A DNA stretch of 34,985 nucleotides from assembly GCA_038227875.1 (NCBI GenBank), contig JBBRPR010000081.1, positions 1-34,985 on the forward strand. The letters run 5' to 3'. The first letter of the stretch is position 1. Every line of letters starts with the position of its first letter. This DNA is from Planctomycetota bacterium (GTDB taxonomy: Bacteria; Planctomycetota; SZUA-567; H5-PLA8). The notes under the pieces are model-generated. The model saw nothing but the letters and a program-made list of their open reading frames with translations. It did no database searches and was not told the origin of the DNA. The position numbers and the translations under genes were made by a program. This document shows, piece after piece, positions 18,879 through 27,740 of this stretch.

Positions 18879-20197
18879 GTGAACCGCATCTGACCGGCAT
18901 TGCGCTCGAAGCGCTCGCGGCAGGCGACAACACCGATTTCAACGCGGTCGCGCATCTGCAAAGCTGTGCGCGGTGCCGCGCGGCGCTGGCTGCCATGCGC
19001 GACGAAAACCAGCTCTTCGCTGCCGAACTCGCCCCATCGATTTCTCAGGAGCAAAACGCTATGACCACGCCAGGCGCCACGACTATTTCCAAGCTTTCGC
19101 GGCAGTCGCACCTGCCACTGGTCTTCTACGCGGCCGCGGCGAGCGTGATGCTCGTCGCCGCACTGGGCATGATTTACTTCACCGGCCAGGCGCCGACACC
19201 CGTCCCCATCAAAAAAACCGTAGCCGAATCCGCGAAGACGCCGCTTGAAAAAGTCGGCGACGACAAGACCAAATCGGCGGAGATTCCGAATGCCGAAGAG
19301 TCGGTCTTTGAAGGCACGACCGCCGCGAATTGGGAGGCGCAGCTCGAGAAGGAGCTCGCCAACGGCAAGGACGGGCAGCTCAGCAAGCTGGCCGCGAAAT
19401 GCATACATGCCTTGAGCGTGCTGGGACGCGACGCGCTGCCGCAGGTGATCAAGCTGATGCGTTCGCCGGACGTGGCTTGCAATGAATCCGCGATGACGAT
19501 TATCCAGAACATCCAGTTCGAGAAGGACGACCTGCCGCGGGTGGCGGAGTTCCTGAAGAGCGACGATTATGCGACGCGCAAGGCGGGGGTGCAGATTCTG
19601 GCGACGCTGGGTCAATCGCCCGACCTGACCGCTGCGGTGCGCGACCTGCTGCAGTCGGTGCTGAAAGACCGCGATAAAGCCGTGGTGGAGGTGGCACGTC
19701 AGGCGCTCGACGAGATCGACACCCGAACTCACGCGGTGGAGGCGGAGAAAGCCAACGAGGCCGAACGCGTCAAACTGTTGACGACCGCGAGAGACGCATT
19801 GAAGGGGAAACTTTACGATGAAGCGCTCGCGCTGACGATGAAGGCGCAAAAATTGAAGCCCGATGCCGAAACGGAGCAGTTGCTTGTAGCGATTGTCGAA
19901 TCCAAAAAGAAGGAGCAATTGGATGCGGACGTGCACGCGAAGTTGATCCAGGACGAAAAGCGCAGGCGTGAGGAATTCGCAAAGCTGATTGAGACGGGAA
20001 GAACCGCGCTGCAAAGCGGAGATAACGAGAGTTGCCTGAAAGCGGTTGAGGCCGCGCGTAAACTGTATGCCAACGACCCGGCGGTCGAAGACCTCTTTCG
20101 AAGCGTGAAGTCGAAGATGTCCAAAATCCCGGCCGAGCAGCCCCGGCAGACACCGACGAAAAAAAGCGTGGTGGGCGAACAGTCCATCGACGACTGA
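18875..20197 (+). CDS. Putative anti-sigma factor: zf-HC2, TM helix, HEAT-like and TPR-like repeats
   Basis: HLQSCARC; TM segment; HEAT-like LLQSVLKDRDKAVVEVARQAL; TPR-like ARDALKGKLYDEALALTMKAQKLKPD; ATGA overlap with the sigma gene. Confidence 0.78.
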   Translation: MSEPHLTGIALEALAAGDNTDFNAVAHLQSCARCRAALAAMRDENQLFAAELAPSISQEQNAMTTPGATTISKLSRQSHLPLVFYAAAASVMLVAALGMIYFTGQAPTPVPIKKTVAESAKTPLEKVGDDKTKSAEIPNAEESVFEGTTAANWEAQLEKELANGKDGQLSKLAAKCIHALSVLGRDALPQVIKLMRSPDVACNESAMTIIQNIQFEKDDLPRVAEFLKSDDYATRKAGVQILATLGQSPDLTAAVRDLLQSVLKDRDKAVVEVARQALDEIDTRTHAVEAEKANEAERVKLLTTARDALKGKLYDEALALTMKAQKLKPDAETEQLLVAIVESKKKEQLDADVHAKLIQDEKRRREEFAKLIETGRTALQSGDNESCLKAVEAARKLYANDPAVEDLFRSVKSKMSKIPAEQPRQTPTKKSVVGEQSIDD

Positions 20198-20281
20198 ACC
20201 CTCGCTCCTGAAAACGCTTGAACGCCAGTTCGGAAACTCATACCCTGTGCGTCTCCCTTTCTCGAAGGAGAAACCAGAGAC

Positions 20282-21367
20282 GTGCATCGCATACTCCTGT
20301 TGGGCGCTGGAAAAATAGGCAGCGCGATCGCCAAGCTGCTGGTCAATAGCGGCGACTACGATGTGCTCGTCGGCGACATCGATCAGCGCGCGCTCGACCG
20401 CCTCGCCGCTGCCGTAAAAATCAAAACGTTGAAGCTCGACATCGGAGACCCCGCCGCGCTGCGCCAGGCGATGACCGGCCAGCAGACGGTGATCTCCGCA
20501 TGCACCTTCGACGCCAACGTGCGGATCGGCGAAGCGGCTCTCGCCACCGGCGTGAGCTACTTCGATCTGACCGAGGACGTCGCGACCACGCGCGCGATTC
20601 AGAATTTCGCGCTCAGCGCGCGCCCCGGCCAGATTTTCATGCCGCAGTGCGGACTGGCGCCGGGCTTCATCTGCATCGCCGCCTTCGACCTCACGCGGGG
20701 CTTCGACAAGCTCGACGAAGTCCGCATGCGCGTCGGCGCGCTGCCGCAATTTCCGTCCAACGCCATGAAGTACAACCTGACCTGGTCGACGGACGGTCTG
20801 ATCAACGAGTACTGCAATCTCTGCGAAGCGATTCACGAAGGAAAGAAAATCGACATCCTCGCGCTGGAAGGCCTCGAGCATTTCTCCCTCGACGGCATGG
20901 ACTACGAAGCGTTCAACACCTCCGGCGGCCTGGGGACGCTCTGCGAAACGCTCTCCGGAAAAGTACGCACGCTGGACTACAAGACCGTACGTTACGAAGG
21001 CCACCGCGAGCTGATGGCGTTCCTGGTGAACGGCCTGCGACTCTCGGAGCGCCGCGCGATCTTGAAGGACATTCTGGAGAACGCGGTGCCGATCACGCTC
21101 CAGGACGTGGTGCTGATTTTCTGCACCGTCACCGGTTACCGCAACGGCTACCTGACGCAGGTGACCGACGCGCGCAAAATTTATCATCGGCAGATGTTTG
21201 GTGAACATTGGAGCGCCATCCAGGTGACGACTGCGGCAGGCATGTGCGCGGTGGTCGATTTGCACGCGACGGGCAAGTTGCCCGACCGCGGCTTCGTGCG
21301 GCAGGAGCAGGTGTCGCTCGACCAGTTCTTGGCCAACCGGTTCGGGGAGTATTACGTGCAGAAGTAG
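20282..21367 (+). CDS. Saccharopine dehydrogenase / lysine 6-dehydrogenase family oxidoreductase
   Basis: LLGAGKIG Rossmann motif, YFDLTED, CGLAPG, YNLTWSTDGLINEY, EAFNTSGG, YKTVRYEGH; GAAGGAG RBS and GTG start. Confidence 0.9.
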   Translation: MHRILLLGAGKIGSAIAKLLVNSGDYDVLVGDIDQRALDRLAAAVKIKTLKLDIGDPAALRQAMTGQQTVISACTFDANVRIGEAALATGVSYFDLTEDVATTRAIQNFALSARPGQIFMPQCGLAPGFICIAAFDLTRGFDKLDEVRMRVGALPQFPSNAMKYNLTWSTDGLINEYCNLCEAIHEGKKIDILALEGLEHFSLDGMDYEAFNTSGGLGTLCETLSGKVRTLDYKTVRYEGHRELMAFLVNGLRLSERRAILKDILENAVPITLQDVVLIFCTVTGYRNGYLTQVTDARKIYHRQMFGEHWSAIQVTTAAGMCAVVDLHATGKLPDRGFVRQEQVSLDQFLANRFGEYYVQK

Positions 21368-21378
21368 TTTTCAAGAGA

Positions 21379-21487
21379 GCCACGGATTGGCGGCATCGTT
21401 ATGTCGCCCCTCCGGGCTCGGTTGCTTTCGTGATTGCTCTAACCCATGGCTCACGCCATGGGCTACTCTATGTCGCCACTCCGTGGC
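21379..21487. repeat. REP-like element between convergent genes
   Basis: GCCACGGATTGGCGGCA / TGTCGCCACTCCGTGGC terminal IR, internal TGTCGCCCCTCCGGGCT and hairpin CCCATGGC-TCAC-GCCATGGG. Confidence 0.72.
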
Positions 21488-22713
21488 ACTATGACTTCGC
21501 CAACTTCACAAGCAAGAATACCGCGCGCCGTCTCAACCAAGTTTTCCGACACCGCGATCTCTCCGAGATGCAGCGTGTTTTTGATGCGGACGATGCGCGC
21601 GTTAGCGGCCGTGACTCCGGGAACGCAGGAAGCGGCGGCGAGGATCGCTTGATCGTCGGTGGGAAGCGCCATGGGGATACGGCCGTTGCTGAGGCTGCCG
21701 CTGGTCAGCGCGTTGGTGTAGGTGACGGTGCGGTCGATGGCTTGGAACAGACGCTCGGTGATCAGATCGGCCTGGCCGACGCCGACAGCGTTACCGTGCG
21801 TTTTTTCGGTCAGGCCCAGCACGACGATGCGCCCGATCTTCGGGCCGGTGAAGCCGGGCACCGGGCCGGTGACGCCGCGGCCAGTGACGTTGGAATCCAT
21901 ACCGACGCCACTGATGTCCTTGCCGATCTCCTCGACGACCAGCACATCGATCTCGGGCAGCAGCAGGCGCGGCATCAGCGACTTGGCCAGGTCGAGCAGC
22001 TCCGGTTCGCGCGCCATGATGCGGCCGGCGGGAACGGCTTCGACGTGCGCGGTCTGCTCGCTGGCGTTCTCGATCAGGGCCACGGCGAAGCCGATCTTGC
22101 CGGTGTTCAGCGCGACTTGCGCGGCAGCCGGAATGAGCGCAGGAAATGGATCGTACCCGCCGCGGTGGATGCGGCTGCAGCCGATGTGCTTGGCCAGTCC
22201 GATCGCCAGCATTTTGCAGAGCCCGCTTTCGTACCGTCCGCGGAAACCGGTGTGCGGTTTCACGCGCGCGATGGGGACGATCAGGTCCGCATCGCGGTGC
22301 GCGGTCTGGTCCATGAAGATTTCGACGCCCATCGCGTCGCCGATCTTCACCACGTCCAGGCACGAGCGGATCGGCGCGCCGATGAAGTCTTCGGTGACCC
22401 CCAGCCGCGCGAGAACATCGCGCTGACCGCCGGCGGTCCCGCCACCGTGCGAACCCATCGCGGGGATGATGAAGACGTTCGCGCCCTTCGCCTTCAGCGC
22501 TGCGACAAGGGCTTGAACGGCGACCGCAATGTTGGCGATGCCGCGGCTTCCGACCGCCACGGCGATAGTCGAGCCGGGTTTGATCTCTTGTGAGGCGACG
22601 CTGGCGCGGATGGCAGCGCCGACGTCAGGAACGGCAGGGCCATCGAAGCGCTGCCGCACGCGATACATCGGCGGCAGGCGCAGGGCGGAGAGGCCGGGAA
22701 GGAGTTCGGGCAT
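21463..22713 (-). CDS. Lactate racemase (LarA N-terminal / DUF2088)-like protein
   Basis: IAVAVGSRGI, IPAMGSHGG, RVKPHTGF, ESGLCKMLAIGLAK, GKDISGVGMD. Confidence 0.78.
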   Translation of the reverse strand: MPELLPGLSALRLPPMYRVRQRFDGPAVPDVGAAIRASVASQEIKPGSTIAVAVGSRGIANIAVAVQALVAALKAKGANVFIIPAMGSHGGGTAGGQRDVLARLGVTEDFIGAPIRSCLDVVKIGDAMGVEIFMDQTAHRDADLIVPIARVKPHTGFRGRYESGLCKMLAIGLAKHIGCSRIHRGGYDPFPALIPAAAQVALNTGKIGFAVALIENASEQTAHVEAVPAGRIMAREPELLDLAKSLMPRLLLPEIDVLVVEEIGKDISGVGMDSNVTGRGVTGPVPGFTGPKIGRIVVLGLTEKTHGNAVGVGQADLITERLFQAIDRTVTYTNALTSGSLSNGRIPMALPTDDQAILAAASCVPGVTAANARIVRIKNTLHLGEIAVSENLVETARGILACEVGEVIVPRSGDIE

Positions 22714-22724
22714 TTGCTTTTTAC

Positions 22725-22861
22725 AGTCCGGGCGGCTCGCCCGGAGTCACATCACCACGGGCGGAAGGCTATGTCGATCACCAAGCATTTCACCGCGTTA
22801 CTATCGCGATAATTCCTTTTTGCGTTCAGTTGAGGTTCTCCGGGCGAGCCGCCCGGACTAC
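22725..22861. repeat. GTAG-type REP doublet
   Basis: Perfect 22-bp IR AGTCCGGGCGGCTCGCCCGGAG (22725-22746) and complement (22838-22859); each is a CCGGGC-GGCTC-GCCCGG hairpin; the right copy begins with GTAG on the minus strand. Confidence 0.8.
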
Positions 22862-22866
22862 AAAGG

Positions 22867-24462
22867 TCACGCGTACACGTTCGGATCGATCTCCGAGAAG
22901 ATGTTGTCGCGCCATTCCAGGTCGCCGATCCACGGTTCTTCGAGGCGGTTTTCGACCAGCTGCAGGTAGAGACCGTTGAAGCGGTGAAGATGATCGCGCG
23001 TGCGCTTCTGCGCGTAGGCGACCATCGTGCCCGTAGTCATGATGAACGCCCAGTCGCTCGACTGCGCCAGAAGCAGTTCGCGCGCGGCCTGTTTCATCGC
23101 GCGTTCCTGCAGGTGATGCGGATGCGGGAAGCGGCGGGCAAGATCCTGCATGCGGATTTCCGCGGCGTGCAGGTGGCGGTAGATCCAATCGTTGGCGCCA
23201 TTGAGCCAGACTTCGTAATAGCCCTTGTCGCCCCACGAACTGGCGCTGGGTTCGATCATCTGGTGGCGGCGGAACTTGTCCAGGAAGCGGGGCGGCGTGG
23301 TGAGCTGGATTTCGTTCTGATCGAAGGCGATCTTGCGCATCAGGAAATTGAGGAACTGCGGGCCTTCGAACCACCAGTGTCCGAACAGTTCCGCATCGTA
23401 TGGCGCAACGATGCAGGGCTCGACGCCCAGCACGCTCTTGAGCCACTTGGCCTGGTGCTGGCGGTTGAACATGAAGTTGCCGGCGTGGCTGGCGGCTTTT
23501 TCAGTCGCGTTGTGCGGGTTGTACGGTTGCTTGTCGCTGAGCGATACCTTGCCGGTGATGCGGTGATACTTCATGCCGACGTTGCGGCGCACGCCGTCGC
23601 TGTGGAGGAACGGCTTGATCATCGGGTATTCGCCGTCGTAACCCAGATCGCGGTAGAACTCGCGGTAGTCGACGTCGCCGGGATAACCCTCTTCGCTCGA
23701 CCAGACCTGCCGGCTGCTCTCCGCGTCGCGCGCGAAGGCGGCGACGCCGCTGGGGCAGAAGACCGGCCGGAACGGGCCGTAGCGCGGGCGTGGCGTGCCG
23801 AAAGAGACGCCGTGTGTATCGATGAAGAAAAAGTCGATGCCCGCTTCGCGCAGGTACTTGTCGACGCCCGGCGCGTACGCGCACTCCGGCAGCCAGATGC
23901 CGCGCGGGCCGCGCCCGAAGTGCTTGCGGTAATTCTTCGCCGCAACCTGGATCTGCGCGCGCACGGACGATTCGGTGACCATCAGCGGCAGGAAGCCATG
24001 GGTCGCGCCGCAGGTCATGACCTCGACGAAGCCCTTCTCCTGGTAATGGCGGAATCCGTTGACGAGATTCTTGCCCCACTTCTGTTCAAACGTTTCACGG
24101 CAGTCGGCGAAGTGCTTTTTGTACATCTGCGCAGCGGCATGGAACGGTCCGCCGTGCGTGCGCTTTAGTTCGAGTTCCGTCAGTTCCTGCAGCTTGATCA
24201 GCTTGGCCAGATAGCGGTCCTGGAGCATCGGGTCGGCCATCATCTCGCACAGCGGCGGCGTGAGACTCATGGTGAAGCAGGCGTTGACGCTGTCGCGTTC
24301 GAAGCCGTCGAGCATCATCAACAGAGGGATGTAGGTTTCCGACATGGCTTCGTAGAGCCAATCTTCTTCCAGAAACTCCGGATGCTCAGGATGGCGCACG
24401 TACGGAAGGTGCGCGTGAAGTACCATCGCGAGGTAGCCGTCGGGAGAATTGCCGTTATGCAT
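22867..24462 (-). CDS. GH57 1,4-alpha-glucan branching enzyme (DUF1957)
   Basis: LHAHLPYVRH, EEDWLYEAMSETYIPL, ATHGFLP, GIWLPECAY, YDAELFGHWWFEG, RELLLAQSSDWAF. Confidence 0.95.
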   Translation of the reverse strand: MHNGNSPDGYLAMVLHAHLPYVRHPEHPEFLEEDWLYEAMSETYIPLLMMLDGFERDSVNACFTMSLTPPLCEMMADPMLQDRYLAKLIKLQELTELELKRTHGGPFHAAAQMYKKHFADCRETFEQKWGKNLVNGFRHYQEKGFVEVMTCGATHGFLPLMVTESSVRAQIQVAAKNYRKHFGRGPRGIWLPECAYAPGVDKYLREAGIDFFFIDTHGVSFGTPRPRYGPFRPVFCPSGVAAFARDAESSRQVWSSEEGYPGDVDYREFYRDLGYDGEYPMIKPFLHSDGVRRNVGMKYHRITGKVSLSDKQPYNPHNATEKAASHAGNFMFNRQHQAKWLKSVLGVEPCIVAPYDAELFGHWWFEGPQFLNFLMRKIAFDQNEIQLTTPPRFLDKFRRHQMIEPSASSWGDKGYYEVWLNGANDWIYRHLHAAEIRMQDLARRFPHPHHLQERAMKQAARELLLAQSSDWAFIMTTGTMVAYAQKRTRDHLHRFNGLYLQLVENRLEEPWIGDLEWRDNIFSEIDPNVYA

Positions 24463-24592
24463 GGTCAGCTCGTTTCCGTTGTTAAGTTTTCTGGCTTACG
24501 TACGTAGAAGGCAGTGGGCAGTAGCAGCAGGCAGTCCCGTTCAATCACAGTTTCCTTGCTTATGCAGCGGCGAGACTGCCAACTGCCGCTGC

Positions 24593-25504
24593 CTATTTCT
24601 TCTCGGTCCCCTGCTGTTGAAGGAGATAGCTGGAGAAGATGCCGATTGCGCGCGGCAGTTCGGAGCGCGGCAACGCGGGACGTTCGGAGCCGGGCTGGGG
24701 CGAAAGCAATTCGGGGCTGACGCCGCTGGCTTTCAGCAGCTTTTCCAGTTCGTCGCGCAGGATCACCCAGCGTTCATCGCAGATGCTGGAGACGCCGGCG
24801 CTGGGCGTCGAGACTTCCTTGCCCTTCAGCACTTCGACGAAGTGGCCCTGCTGGTTGATCAGGCCCATGTCGATCACGAACGTCGTCGCGGGCGTAACGT
24901 GCAGGTACCACTGGCCGATGCGCAGATCGATGTCAACGAACGTGGCGCGGGCATCGCCGCCGGCGCGCACGCGCAGCACCCAGCGCGCGTTGTCGATGAT
25001 CTCGGCGGAATGGTGGAACCGCAGGCGGTCGATCGCGCCGCCCTGAAGTTCCCAGTAGACGAAGAGCCACTGCGGATCGCGCGGAAACGCAGCGAGACGG
25101 TCCATGCCGTAGTTTTCGGGAATCGGCGAACCGCGGTCGATCAATTCGCTGGGCGTGGGTTCTTCCGGCAGCGGCGCGGGAACGGACGGGCGCGGCGCGC
25201 GTTCGGGCGCGGTGACCATTTCGCTGTCGAGTTCCGGCGGCGTGGCCAGCGAGGGCAGTTTCTCGAGCACTTTCAGACGCTCATCGAGCGTCACCAGCAC
25301 GCCGCGCGTGCTTTCCGGTGCGGCAGGCCTTGACGGCGGAGCCGCGCGGAGTTTACGGCGGCCGGACTTTTTGGAATCGTCGGCGTCAGGTTCCGCGGCT
25401 TCCGGCTGCAGCGCCTCGCCTTTTGGCGGCTGATCGCCCTGCGCCGCGTTGGCGTCGCTGGTGGGCGGAGCAACGATCTTGCGGGCTTTGGGTTTCAAGG
25501 TCAT
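24593..25504 (-). CDS. DUF4912 domain protein
   Basis: IPENYGMDRLAAFPRDPQWLFVYWE...WYLHV...; low-complexity N-terminus; usual neighbour of GH57 branching enzymes. Confidence 0.85.
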   Translation of the reverse strand: MTLKPKARKIVAPPTSDANAAQGDQPPKGEALQPEAAEPDADDSKKSGRRKLRAAPPSRPAAPESTRGVLVTLDERLKVLEKLPSLATPPELDSEMVTAPERAPRPSVPAPLPEEPTPSELIDRGSPIPENYGMDRLAAFPRDPQWLFVYWELQGGAIDRLRFHHSAEIIDNARWVLRVRAGGDARATFVDIDLRIGQWYLHVTPATTFVIDMGLINQQGHFVEVLKGKEVSTPSAGVSSICDERWVILRDELEKLLKASGVSPELLSPQPGSERPALPRSELPRAIGIFSSYLLQQQGTEKK

Positions 25505-25697
25505 GTGCTGGTACCCCACTTCTTGTGTGCCTTATTCCGACACCGGATTCTGCCACGTCGACTCTGGCATACTATTTACTATCGTCAAGAATCGGACTGT
25601 GATTACTGTGGAAAGAGCGGTTAACTCGTCCAACCACCGTTTTGCATTCTGCGTCGGCATCCGTTGCCAGCAAAAAACAACGGTCGGTACAGATACC

Positions 25698-26948
25698 TTA
25701 TTCCAGCGTCATTTCTTTCGGTACCACCACCACGCCGTTGGCCGTAACGGTGAAGCGCGCGCGGTCGGCTTCCAGGTCGTAGCCAATGGTCGTGCCTTCG
25801 GGGATTCGCACGCCCTTGTCGATGATCGCTTTCTTGATGTGCGCGCGCCGGCCGATGCTCACGCCTTCCATCAAGATCGAATCCTGAACGTGGCTGTAGC
25901 TGTTGATGCGCACCTGCGGCGCGAGCACGGAATGTTCGACGGTGCCGCCGGAGACGATCACGCCCGTCGAGATCAGGCTGTCGAGCGCCTGGCCGCGGCG
26001 CGCGTTGCCGTTGGCGGAGATTTCGGAGAAGACGAACTTCGCCGGCGGAAACTGTTCGCGGTACGTGCGGATCGGCCAGGATTCGTCGTAGAGATTGAAG
26101 AGCGGGTTGACTTCCGTCAGATCGAGATTGGCTTCGAAGTAACTGTCGATGGTGCCCACGTCGCGCCAGTAGGCGACATCCTTTTTGTTCTCGTCCTTGA
26201 ACGGATAAGCGAAGACGCGCGCGCCGTCGGCGACCATTTCAGGAATGATGTTCTTGCCGAAGTCGTGCGACGTATCTTTGCGCGCGTCGGCGGAGACGCG
26301 GCGGACCAGCGCGTCGGTGGAAAAAACGTAGATCCCCATGCTGCCGAAGCAGGTCTCGGGTTCGCCGGGAATCGTGGCCGGATTTTCGCGCGGCTTTTCC
26401 TGGAAGCCCTGGATGCGGTTGTCGCTGTCGACGACCGCGATGCCGAACTGGTTGGCCGTGGCCTTGGGAATGTTGACGCAGGCGATGGTCAGGTCGGCTT
26501 TCTTCTCAACGTGGTAGCGGACCATCTCGGCGTAATTCATCTTGTAGATGTGGTCGCCGGCAAGCATCAGCACGCGCTCGGGCTTTTCGCGTTCCAGCGT
26601 GTAGATGTTCTGGTAGATGGCGTCGGCCGTGCCCATGTACCAGCTCTGCCCCGTGCGCTGCTGAGGCGGCAGAATGTGGATGTACTGGCCGATCTCCGGA
26701 TTGTTAAAGAGGGAGCTCCACCCGAGCATGATGTGGCGGTCGAGCGAGAAGGATTTGTACTGGGTCAGGACGTAGATGCGCGGGCATTCGGAATTGAGGC
26801 AGTTGGAGAGCGTGAAGTCGATGATGCGGTAGAAGCCGCCGAAGGGCACCGCCGGTTTGGCGCGGTCCTTGGTGAGCGGGTAAAGCCGTTCTCCCTGGCC
26901 GCCGGCTAAAACAAGAGTGAGTGTTCCTTTGAGTAGCGGATTGCCCAT
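25698..26948 (-). CDS. glgC: Glucose-1-phosphate adenylyltransferase
   Basis: LAGGQGERLYPLTKDRAKPAVPFGG.YRIIDF.LSN, GTADAIYQN, GDHIYKM, FQEKP, SMGIYVF, YWRDVGT. Confidence 0.97.
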   Translation of the reverse strand: MGNPLLKGTLTLVLAGGQGERLYPLTKDRAKPAVPFGGFYRIIDFTLSNCLNSECPRIYVLTQYKSFSLDRHIMLGWSSLFNNPEIGQYIHILPPQQRTGQSWYMGTADAIYQNIYTLEREKPERVLMLAGDHIYKMNYAEMVRYHVEKKADLTIACVNIPKATANQFGIAVVDSDNRIQGFQEKPRENPATIPGEPETCFGSMGIYVFSTDALVRRVSADARKDTSHDFGKNIIPEMVADGARVFAYPFKDENKKDVAYWRDVGTIDSYFEANLDLTEVNPLFNLYDESWPIRTYREQFPPAKFVFSEISANGNARRGQALDSLISTGVIVSGGTVEHSVLAPQVRINSYSHVQDSILMEGVSIGRRAHIKKAIIDKGVRIPEGTTIGYDLEADRARFTVTANGVVVVPKEMTLE

Positions 26949-26989
26949 GGGGTGAGAGGTCTCATCGAGGAAATTGGTTTAAGACAGTG

Positions 26990-27060
26990 TTGAGTTTTTA
27001 GTTTTGAGTTTTAAATTAGTACGGCGTTTGCCGCGCTGTAACTCAAAACTAAAAACTCAA
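26990..27060. repeat. Heptamer-derived perfect 21-bp inverted repeat
   Basis: TTGAGTTTTTAGTTTTGAGTT (26990-27010) and AACTCAAAACTAAAAACTCAA (27040-27060). Confidence 0.85.
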
Positions 27061-27097
27061 AACTATCGGCACTCTCGCTCTCTCGGCTGGCGCGGTG

Positions 27098-27466
27098 TTA
27101 CGAAGGAATGCCGCGCGTCTTCAACACATCCTTGATCTTGGCCTTGAGTTCAGTCAGGTCGCCGGACTTCACGACGTAGGCGTCGGCCGACCAGGTCATG
27201 AAATTATCTTTGTAGGTCGAGTAGGCGGTGTTGAGGATCACGGGCATGGTCTTGTCTTTGGCGAGAATTTTTCCGAGCGCTTCGATGCCGTCCATGCCGG
27301 GCATGGAGATATCGAGGATGATCAAATCGGGGCGTTTGTTCTTGAGGTAATCGAGTGCCTCGGGCCCGCTGCTGGCCAGGCTCACTTCGTGACCTTCTTC
27401 CTGCAACTCCTGTTCGTATAACAGTCTCAGGTTCTTGTCGTCATCCACAACCAGAAGCTTCGCCAT
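27098..27466 (-). CDS. Single-domain response regulator (receiver only)
   Basis: LLVVDDD, PDLIILDISMPGMDG, conserved T and K (YVVKS); no output domain. Confidence 0.93.
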   Translation of the reverse strand: MAKLLVVDDDKNLRLLYEQELQEEGHEVSLASSGPEALDYLKNKRPDLIILDISMPGMDGIEALGKILAKDKTMPVILNTAYSTYKDNFMTWSADAYVVKSGDLTELKAKIKDVLKTRGIPS

Positions 27467-27740
27467 GCTCTTTGTCCTCGAGTCGAATCACGGAACTCCC
27501 GTTCCGCGGCGTGAGCCTTTGCCCATGCTAGAAACCAGCTTATGCGCTCCATTGCATTTCACAACTGCCTAAGCTGCTGCCTTTGGCAGAGGGGTCAGTT
27601 CGCTCGCAAGCAGCCGCGAGCGAACCAATTGGGGTCAGGGGTTCAGGGGCCAGGGGTCAGAGTGGGGCACGGGCACGGAATAAAGCCGAATTGCCCATTA
27701 ATGATGTGTCTTCCGCCCCGAAGAGCCAAGATTCTCCTTT

